Source: Thermoanaerobaculia bacterium (GTDB lineage Bacteria > Acidobacteriota > Thermoanaerobaculia > Multivoradales > Multivoraceae). Taken from it: a stretch of DNA of 31,282 nt. This document shows, piece by piece, positions 24,558-31,282 of this stretch. The stretch spans positions 1-31,282 of the forward strand of contig DATAFT010000484.1 of assembly GCA_036257295.1 (NCBI GenBank), read 5' to 3'. Below the pieces are notes generated by a model. That model was not told the DNA's origin, ran no database searches, and saw only the letters and a list, made by a program, of their open reading frames with translations. Numbering within the stretch: the first letter of the stretch is position 1; each line of letters begins with the position of its first letter. Position numbers and translations under genes: made by a program.

Positions 24558-25367
24558 TCAGCGCGGTCGAGAGGGCTCGCGGAACCTTTCGGGCTCCGGC
24601 GCGGCAACGGCGTCGTCCCGTTCGAGCAAGATGGGCCCGCCCGGCAAGGCGAATCGATAGCCGACGCCCCGCACGGTCGAGATGTACTGGTAGCGCTCGT
24701 CCGACGGCTCGAGCTTGGAGCGCAGCCGGTAGACGTGGGCGCGTAGCGTCTCCTCGCCGGCCTCTTCGGTGGGCCAGAGACGCGCGAGCAGGAACCGCGA
24801 CTCGACCGTGCGGCCCACCTCGCGCACCAGCAGGTAGAGGATCTTGGTCTCGGTCGGCGTGAGCGGGCGACGCTCCTCTCCGACCAGGAGCGAGCGCCGG
24901 CCGAAGTCGACCGCCAGGTGCTCGTCGATGTGCACCAGCGCACCGGTGGTGTAGGAGAAGCCGGGCACCCGGCGCAGCAACGCGACCACCCGCGCCGCCA
25001 GCTCCGCCGGAATGAACGGCTTGCGCACGAAGTCGTCGGCGTGGCGGTCGAGCGTGCGGACGATCAACGAGGTGTCGTGCACGAAACTCATGGCGACGAT
25101 GGGCACGTCGGCGATCTGCCGCACTCGCTCGCAGAAGCCGGCGCCGTCGAAGGCCGGATTCCCGAGCTCGACCACGGCGGCGTGCGGGAGGCCGCGCTGC
25201 TCGACCAACTTCCAGGCTTCGGCCATGCCTGCCACCGTCCATACCTCGAGGCGGCGCGCCTCGAGCGCGACGACCGCGCTGTCACGGCTGTCGCGCTCGG
25301 GGTCCGCCACCAGCACGCGCGGTGGTGCGCCGATCGATTTCGCCGGAAGGACCTCCGGCATCACCAT
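24558..25367 (-). CDS. OmpR/PhoB-family response regulator with atypical receiver domain (phosphoacceptor Asp replaced by Glu)
   Basis: VLVADPE, AAVVELGNP (Glu67, GAG at 25167-25169), IVAMS, DDFVRKPF; wHTH motifs LTPTETKIL, TLRAHVYRLRSKLE, STVRGVGYRF. Confidence 0.85.
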   Translation of the reverse strand: MVMPEVLPAKSIGAPPRVLVADPERDSRDSAVVALEARRLEVWTVAGMAEAWKLVEQRGLPHAAVVELGNPAFDGAGFCERVRQIADVPIVAMSFVHDTSLIVRTLDRHADDFVRKPFIPAELAARVVALLRRVPGFSYTTGALVHIDEHLAVDFGRRSLLVGEERRPLTPTETKILYLLVREVGRTVESRFLLARLWPTEEAGEETLRAHVYRLRSKLEPSDERYQYISTVRGVGYRFALPGGPILLERDDAVAAPEPERFREPSRPR

Positions 25368-25368
25368 C

Positions 25369-26856
25369 TCACTGATTCCCGTTCCCGGCAGCGACGCTGG
25401 GCTCCAGGCTCAGGTTCTCGAGCGCACGGATCACGTTGAGACGTCCGTAGCCAACTTCGAGAGCGAGCGACCCGTTGACCTCGGCGCTGTGCGACAGCGC
25501 GGCGAGCGCTCGATCGAGGTCGAGAGGCACGCCGGTTTGGGCCGCGCGCTGCGCCAGCAGCGCGATCGCCCCCGAGACCCACGGCGTCGAGAACGACGTG
25601 CCGGAAGCCGCCGCCCAGGTGCCGCCCGGATAGGTCGTGATCACCGACACTCCTGGCGCCGCGAGCTCGACCACGTCACCGCCATAGTTGGAGAACGGCG
25701 CCACGAAGTCGGCGAGATCGGTGGCGGCCACGCCGATCGCGCCCGGCGCCGCGGCTGGGTAGACCACGACGCTCGAGCCGTCGTTGCCGGCTGAGGCGAC
25801 GCAGATCGCGCCCCAAGAGAGCGCGTACGCGATCGCGTTCGCGAGTGTCTCGGAGTCGTCGTCGAGGGTGAAGCTCAGATTGATGACCGTGGCTCCCTCA
25901 CGCGCCGCGTAGTGGATGGCCTGCACCGCGTCGAACGTGTTGCCGTTGCCGTCCGCGTCGAAAGCACGCAGCGGCAGGATTCGCGCTCTGGGCGCCACCA
26001 GGTGGATGATGCCGGCGACCATGGTGCCGTGCCCGAAGGCCGGACCGATCTGGCCGGCGAGCTCGGAGCCCACTCCCGCCTCCACCAGCACGCTGGTCGA
26101 GGGATCCACCTGGAACGCTTCGATCCCACCCGCGTTCATCAGAACCGCCCGCGTCCGCTGATCGAGGATGGCCATGGTCGACTGATCGAGCAGGGCGAGC
26201 GCCTGGCCGTTGCCGTTGCCGTTGGTGCGCAGCGAGCCGTTCCCCTGGTCCTGGAGGAAGTCCCTTCCTTCTAGCAGCTGGCTCGCCAGAACCGGGTGTT
26301 CGGTGTCGATGGCGGAGTCGATCACCGCGATCACGATGTCCTTGCCACTCGCGCGCGAATGGGCCTCGCCCAGACGGATGATCTGCGACGACGGCTGGTC
26401 GGCGAACCCGATCCACAGCTCCCTGGCTTCCCCGTGCGGATCGACGCCGAGATCGATGGTGCCCTCTAGCGCGGCGGCTTCGAGAATCGCGCCCGGCGAC
26501 TGTTCGACCGGTGCGCTCGCGAGAACATCGGGCGCCCGGAACTCGCGCAGCGGCTCCGCCTTCTCGATCACCGTTTCGCGCGCCACGAGTGCCGCTGCAG
26601 TCTGCTCCGGTGTCCCCGCCGCGTCGAGCGAGACCAGCGCCAGGTCATCGCCGCCAAGATCGCGCTCGGTCTGAAGGACGGTCAGCTGGTTGCGGGCGGC
26701 GATCTTCTTGATCTGCCCGGGCGACACCTGGATGATGAGAACCTGTTGCGTGCCCACCGGCGGCTTGGCAGCGACGGTGGCTGCGGCCGACCAGGCCACC
26801 AACGCCAAGACCAAGGGAAGAGTGCGGCTCCAGGCGCGGCGGATTCGTGTTCGCAT
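25369..26856 (-). CDS. Exported S8 (subtilisin-like) serine protease with propeptide
   Basis: Signal peptide; IAVIDSAID (Asp 26317-26319), GHGTMVAG (His 26029-26031), ASAGN, SGTSFSTP (Ser 25594-25596). Confidence 0.9.
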   Translation of the reverse strand: MRTRIRRAWSRTLPLVLALVAWSAAATVAAKPPVGTQQVLIIQVSPGQIKKIAARNQLTVLQTERDLGGDDLALVSLDAAGTPEQTAAALVARETVIEKAEPLREFRAPDVLASAPVEQSPGAILEAAALEGTIDLGVDPHGEARELWIGFADQPSSQIIRLGEAHSRASGKDIVIAVIDSAIDTEHPVLASQLLEGRDFLQDQGNGSLRTNGNGNGQALALLDQSTMAILDQRTRAVLMNAGGIEAFQVDPSTSVLVEAGVGSELAGQIGPAFGHGTMVAGIIHLVAPRARILPLRAFDADGNGNTFDAVQAIHYAAREGATVINLSFTLDDDSETLANAIAYALSWGAICVASAGNDGSSVVVYPAAAPGAIGVAATDLADFVAPFSNYGGDVVELAAPGVSVITTYPGGTWAAASGTSFSTPWVSGAIALLAQRAAQTGVPLDLDRALAALSHSAEVNGSLALEVGYGRLNVIRALENLSLEPSVAAGNGNQ

Positions 26857-26907
26857 TCGTAGTTTTCGCTCCGACCCCTAGAGGTCGGCAGGTCCATCAT
26901 CCCGCAC

Positions 26908-27348
26908 TCACAGACTCTCGGGACTCGTCGCGCCCTCCATCACAGGTCTTGCGGCGAGCAGAGGATCGAGCGGGATTTCAATCCGTCCTCGATCGGTGAT
27001 CGGCAGGCACAACCGGAGGCCCGTTCCGGGACGGACCTCGAACACGAACTCTCCGTTGCGATTCCCGAACATCCATCCGGCCACCCGCTCGCCGTCCAGC
27101 AACAGCACGGCGCTTCCGCCCAGACCCTTGAGCGGGTCGCGGCGGTCCGCGAGCTGACCGTGCACGGCGACGGCTCCGCTGTCGAGATCAGGCTCGAGGC
27201 GCAGGTCGACGCAGAGATCATCGGCCTCGAACAGCAGATGGCGGCCGTCGTGCGCCATCTTGCGCACGCCCCGCCTGGGCAGAGCCGCATCGCTGTCGAA
27301 GGCGAGCGTCACCGACAGCATGTCGAGGTCGAATGGGCGCGGTTCCAT
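26908..27348 (-). CDS. Hypothetical 146-aa beta-rich protein (LxFDS...GVR...RxLLF...GQL...GEF pattern)
   Basis: GAGGGA 7 nt before ATG 27348 and TATGCT further upstream. The pattern resembles, from recall only, small proteins encoded next to CHAT/S8 genes. Confidence 0.65.
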   Translation of the reverse strand: MEPRPFDLDMLSVTLAFDSDAALPRRGVRKMAHDGRHLLFEADDLCVDLRLEPDLDSGAVAVHGQLADRRDPLKGLGGSAVLLLDGERVAGWMFGNRNGEFVFEVRPGTGLRLCLPITDRGRIEIPLDPLLAARPVMEGATSPESL

Positions 27349-27462
27349 ATGGCAATCCCTCGAAATCAGAGCATAACCCCGGTGGCAGAGTCCCCTCATG
27401 CCGGCAGCTACCCTCCGCCGGACGCTCCACCATCCTGAGAAGGCGCTAGATTAACGCACTCG

Positions 27463-30354
27463 TTACCCTTGGGCTAAAGGCGTGTCACCGAGCAGGGGTC
27501 GGCCCGACGGACGGCCCGCCAGAAAGAAAGGGGCCCAGTAGTAGGGGTGCGGGTAGGCGTCCCGTAGCTCGACCATGGCATCCCTCAGGGCGGCCGCTCG
27601 ATCCGGCTGTGCCTGGAGCCGCTGGTAGAAGGCCTGCATGAACCGTCGGGTGCTCTCGTCCTGGGCGTCCCACAGCGTCGCTACCACGGTCTGGGCCCCG
27701 GCGTAGAGGAGGCCTCGCACCAGGCCGATCTGCTCGTCCCCGCCCTCGACCCCTCCGAGGCCGGTCCCACAACCGCTCAGGACCACCAGCTCGGAGACCA
27801 GGTCGAGTTCGTAGAGGTCGAGCACGGTCAGCCGGGAGGCGCCCCCCAGCTGGATCGCCGAGAACATCGGGTTGTCACGACGGAAGAACCCGTGCGCCGC
27901 GACGTGGATCAATCCGGCTCCGCCGCCCCACCGCCGCAGCGCGTCCGGCGTCGCCTGGTCGCCGAGTAGAACGCGCGCCCCCGGCATCGCGGACGCAACC
28001 ACGCCGGCTTCAGCCGCGATGCCGGGGTTGTAGTCGTCGGGCACCGCCAGGATCAGCGCGCCCGCAGTGGTCCGCGCCGGCCGCATCGAGCAGAGACGGA
28101 ACACGCTGGCGCTGGGCGCATACGACAGCGCGAAGTGATCCACCAGATACGACTCGCCGTTCCAAAGCGCCTGGAAGGGAACCCGGTGGAGCGGCCCGTG
28201 CGGCACCACGATCAGGGATCGCGCGTCGAGCAGTGACCGCAGCGGCGCGATCAGCTCGTCGTCGAGCTCGCGCAGGTGAGACCGCACCGCGAGCAGCAGC
28301 GCCTCATCGAAGGTCCTGACGTAGGCCTCGCCGAGCTGTAGCTTCGAGAGCTGGAACTGGAGGAAGCCGAGCAGGCGGCGCACGCGCTCGGACGAGCTGA
28401 CGGGACGCACCTCGATCCGGTCGCGGCCGACCACGAAGGCGAACACGATGCCGCGGGCTTCGTAGTACTCGAGCAGCAGAGTGTCGTCGGGCAGCGCGGC
28501 CATGACCGCCTCGACCGAGATGCCGGTGGATTCGAGCGCATCGAAGTCGAGGTCCCGGCTGCGCAGTCGGTTGGTGACCTTGATCAGCTTCCCCTCGAGC
28601 TGCCGACTGCGGCGCCGGAGGTCGTCCACAGTGCCGGTCGCAACCCCGCGGCCGAGCAGCGCCTCGCCGCCGCCCTCGCTCGGCCCGTTGCCCGCGATGT
28701 CGGCGGCATCGAGCTGGCTGTAACACCAGTTGAGCTCCTCGCGGAGCAGCCGCATCTCGGCTTTGAGCCCGCTCGGCGCGCGGCCCGCGCGCCGCGGTCC
28801 GATCGAGCGCGGGGCGATCATGTCGGCGAACGCCCTCGACTTCGCGTTCTCGACCCAGGCGAGCGCGTCGGCTCCGCTGCCCGGCTCCATCGTCTCCAGC
28901 GTGAGCCAGATCAGGCTCTCGAACACCGCCTGCTTGTCCTTGACGAACGCGATCAACAGCTCTTCGCTGTGGAGGTGGGCGCGCAGACCGCCGAGGACGG
29001 TGCAGGCATCGCGGTACCGCTCGAGAGCCGTGGCGCGGTCACCGCTCGCCTCGGCGATCTGGCCGTCGACGAACGAGGCGCGGTAGAGCAGGTGCGGCGA
29101 GTCGAGTTGCTCGAGCCGCCGGCGCGCTTCGACCGCGTGCCGGCTCGCGTCGCCGTACGAGCCCAACGCCAGCTCGGTGCGCGCCAGCAGCAGCTCGGCG
29201 AGAACGACGCGCGGAGTCTGGCCGGCGTCGAGGAACCAGTCGCGCGCGCGGTTGGCTTCGCGCCGAGCGTCCTCCGGTCGCCTCGCCTCGAGCAGCGCGA
29301 TGGCTCGGTAGAAGTCGACCATCGCGCACCAGGCGTGGTTTCCTTCGGCGTCGAATCCGCGCCGCGCCTCCGCGAACAACGCCGCGGCCGAGTCGGACTC
29401 TCCGCGCTGTCCGGCGGCGATCGCGGCGAAGGCAGTCGCCTTCGACGCCTCGTAGCGCAGCTTGAGCCCCGCGAACGCGGCCCGTGCCTGCTCGGCGAGC
29501 TCGGCCGCTTCGGCGGTGAGATTCACGTCGAGATAGATCTCCGCCAGGTCGAGGCGGCAGAGCGCCTCGTGGTAGATGTCGCCCTGCTCGCGGCTGCGCT
29601 CGACGGCGGCGCGGTAGTGCTCGATGGCGCGCGTGTACTCGCCGCGGTGGAAGTGGAGATAGGCGAGGTTGTACTCCGCCTGCAGCGCCGGCAACGGCAT
29701 TCCGTTCCGGCGGCAGTGGGCGCTCATCTCGATGAATCGCGCCTCCGCCTCGGGCAGGTCGCCGAGGATGATCAGACACACCGCCGAGTTGAGCAGCGCC
29801 GCCGCGGTCGCCTGCGGATCGCCGCCGTGCGCGCGGAAGAAGCGCAGCGAGGTCTCGTAGGCCGCCAGCGCCTCCCGGTGGCGGTCCAGACGATGCAGGA
29901 GGTTGCCGAGGTTGCAGTCGAGCCGCGCCACCAGCAGTGGATCGCGGTGGCGCACGAACACCTCGCGCGCGGCGGCCGCCCAGCTCTGCGCATGGTCGTA
30001 ACGTCCGAGCAGGATCAGCGTCTGGAGCCCGCTGCTCCTGGTCTTGGCGCCCTCGATCTCGTCGTTGCCGCTGGCAAACGCTTCGAGCGCGCGCTGATAG
30101 AGCACGATCGCTTCCTCGAGACGACCCGAGAGGTAGCGAACGTTGGCGAGGCAGCGGAAGGAGAGGCCGGTCGTGGTGGGATCGTCGAGCGTCGCGGCGG
30201 CGTCACACGCCGCGGTCGCGGTCGCTTCGGCCTGGCGAAGATCGACGCGCGCCAGCCGCAGCGCTTCCTGCGCCAACTCGCGCACGCTCGAGGGAGTCGC
30301 AGCAGCGCGGATCTCGGGCGCCGGAGCACCTTTACCCTCGGGCTCCGAGGTCAC
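27463..30354 (-). CDS. TPR-CHAT (caspase-like clan CD) protease, 963 aa
   Basis: About 550 aa of TPR-like helices; then IVVPHGPLHRVPFQAL, IHVAAHG (His 27892-27894), VVLSGCGTG (Cys 27769-27771), AGAQTVVATLW, PYYWAPF. GTG 30354 with TATCAT 6 nt upstream. Confidence 0.9.
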   Translation of the reverse strand: MTSEPEGKGAPAPEIRAAATPSSVRELAQEALRLARVDLRQAEATATAACDAAATLDDPTTTGLSFRCLANVRYLSGRLEEAIVLYQRALEAFASGNDEIEGAKTRSSGLQTLILLGRYDHAQSWAAAAREVFVRHRDPLLVARLDCNLGNLLHRLDRHREALAAYETSLRFFRAHGGDPQATAAALLNSAVCLIILGDLPEAEARFIEMSAHCRRNGMPLPALQAEYNLAYLHFHRGEYTRAIEHYRAAVERSREQGDIYHEALCRLDLAEIYLDVNLTAEAAELAEQARAAFAGLKLRYEASKATAFAAIAAGQRGESDSAAALFAEARRGFDAEGNHAWCAMVDFYRAIALLEARRPEDARREANRARDWFLDAGQTPRVVLAELLLARTELALGSYGDASRHAVEARRRLEQLDSPHLLYRASFVDGQIAEASGDRATALERYRDACTVLGGLRAHLHSEELLIAFVKDKQAVFESLIWLTLETMEPGSGADALAWVENAKSRAFADMIAPRSIGPRRAGRAPSGLKAEMRLLREELNWCYSQLDAADIAGNGPSEGGGEALLGRGVATGTVDDLRRRSRQLEGKLIKVTNRLRSRDLDFDALESTGISVEAVMAALPDDTLLLEYYEARGIVFAFVVGRDRIEVRPVSSSERVRRLLGFLQFQLSKLQLGEAYVRTFDEALLLAVRSHLRELDDELIAPLRSLLDARSLIVVPHGPLHRVPFQALWNGESYLVDHFALSYAPSASVFRLCSMRPARTTAGALILAVPDDYNPGIAAEAGVVASAMPGARVLLGDQATPDALRRWGGGAGLIHVAAHGFFRRDNPMFSAIQLGGASRLTVLDLYELDLVSELVVLSGCGTGLGGVEGGDEQIGLVRGLLYAGAQTVVATLWDAQDESTRRFMQAFYQRLQAQPDRAAALRDAMVELRDAYPHPYYWAPFFLAGRPSGRPLLGDTPLAQG

Positions 30355-30392
30355 GCGGGGATGATAGCGCCGCACTATCCGCGAGATGGCAA

Positions 30393-30448
30393 GCGCCGTC
30401 CGCGGCGCCGAGAAGATGCTCGCGTAGGGCGTGGTAAGCACCACGCCC
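30393..30448. repeat. Second copy of the bipartite palindromic module, including a GTAG-type REP-like hairpin
   Basis: gcgccgtccgcggcgcc (30393-30409), then 18 nt, then ggcgtggtaagcaccacgc (30428-30446). GTAG at 30424-30427 directly precedes the perfect hairpin. Confidence 0.75.
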
Positions 30449-30479
30449 GGAGCGAGGCGCTGCCCTACAATCCGCCCGC

Positions 30480-31282
30480 GTGGTGAAGCGATCCGACGAC
30501 GAAGCGCCCCGCCCCGCCGCCTCGAGCGGCGCGTCGGTGCTGCTGCGACAACCGGCGTTCCGGGCGTTCGCCGCCTCCCGCTTCTTCTCCGGTGTGGCGC
30601 TCACGCTGCTGCGCGCGGCGGTGGCGTGGCAGGTCTACGAGATCACGGGCTCGGCGTTCCACCTCGGGATGATCGGTCTCGCACAGTTCATTCCCGCGCT
30701 GGTGCTCAACCTCATCGGCGGCGCCGCCGCCGACGCTTACGATCGCAAGCGGTTGGTGATGCTGTTCCAACTGGTGCCGATCGCGTGCTCCCTGCTGCTC
30801 GCGATCGCGAGCTTCGATCGCCAGCCGAGCCTGGCCGTCCTCTACGGTGCGGTGATGATCGTGGCCGCAGCCGCGGCCTTCGAAGCCCCGGCCCGCGCCG
30901 CGCTACTGCCCCAGCTGGTCGAGCGCAGAGTGTTCCCCATCGCGGTGGCGCTCCACTCCACGATCCAGATGGGGGCGTTCGTGAGCGGTCCGGTGCTGAT
31001 GGGGTTCGCCGTCGCGCACGGCGGCATCGTGCTCCCCTACGCCATTCACGCCGCCCTGATGGTCGCCGCGCTGTTCACCATGGCGCGGGTGAAGGTGCTC
31101 AACGCCGCCGCGCCCAGCGGACGCATCGGCGTCGCCGCCATCGCCGAGGGCCTGCGCTATGTCCGCCACCAGCCGGTGGTCCTCGGCTGCATGACGCTCG
31201 ACATGTTCGCCGTGCTGTTCGGTGGAGCCACCGCGCTGCTGCCGATCTACGCCACCGACATCCTCCACGTCGGGCCGCGCGG
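30480..31282 (+). CDS. MFS transporter (DHA3/EntS-like), 3' end outside the window
   Basis: Not in the ORF track because there is no stop. Manual translation from GTG 30480 gives ...FRAFAASRFFS...AVAWQVYEITGSAFHLGMIGLAQF.P...GGAAADAYDRKR...PARAALLPQLV...EGLRYV...LDMFAVLFGGATALLPIYATDILHVGP. TACAAT lies 8 nt upstream. Confidence 0.85.
   Translation, partial: MVKRSDDEAPRPAASSGASVLLRQPAFRAFAASRFFSGVALTLLRAAVAWQVYEITGSAFHLGMIGLAQFIPALVLNLIGGAAADAYDRKRLVMLFQLVPIACSLLLAIASFDRQPSLAVLYGAVMIVAAAAAFEAPARAALLPQLVERRVFPIAVALHSTIQMGAFVSGPVLMGFAVAHGGIVLPYAIHAALMVAALFTMARVKVLNAAAPSGRIGVAAIAEGLRYVRHQPVVLGCMTLDMFAVLFGGATALLPIYATDILHVGPR

Noticed and set aside
30363-30379. Imperfect inverted repeat gatag-N7-ctatc over the CHAT -10 box as a possible operator
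   Set aside because: Only 5-bp arms and no second copy found; too weak to report.
28969-30486. 505-aa plus-strand ORF
   Set aside because: Antisense to the TPR-CHAT gene, with no motifs.
1-31282. tRNA, rRNA, transposase, integrase or phage genes
   Set aside because: None recognised. Nearly all sequence is accounted for by protein-coding genes and the intergenic gaps are short.

Overview
GC-rich bacterial window (about 70% GC by eye; taxon not assignable from sequence alone) with about 30 genes in four blocks. (1) 1-3620: housekeeping and accessory genes (gloA, an exported 11-residue-repeat protein, NADPH:quinone reductase, DUF2182-like membrane protein), plus two genes that appear internally deleted: a VOC gene and a B12/radical-SAM (HpnR-like) gene reduced to about 0.5 kb. 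(2) 3634-16062, possibly to 17005: an aryl-polyene-like type II FAS/PKS cluster with an acyl-AMP ligase, flavin-dependent halogenase-like enzyme, ACP, KS plus a Cys-less KS (chain-length-factor-like), GT2, ketoreductase, LpxL-type acyltransferase, NodB-type deacetylase, two hot-dog dehydratases and a LolA-like/LolCDE-like exporter. (3) 17230-22069: a cytochrome c-copper monooxygenase (PHM/DBH-like) fusion, an MFS transporter and an exported His-rich TPR protein. (4) 22103-30354, minus strand, the best candidate for an undescribed system: TPR-CHAT caspase-like protease, small uncharacterised protein, exported S8 subtilase, OmpR-family regulator with Glu at the phosphoacceptor position, and a membrane Ser/Thr kinase fused to a UrtA-like urea/amide-binding domain. 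The last three are separated by only 1 bp. A partial MFS gene ends the window. A bipartite palindromic REP-like module recurs at 17051 and 30393. All family calls come from motif recognition; no database search was run.
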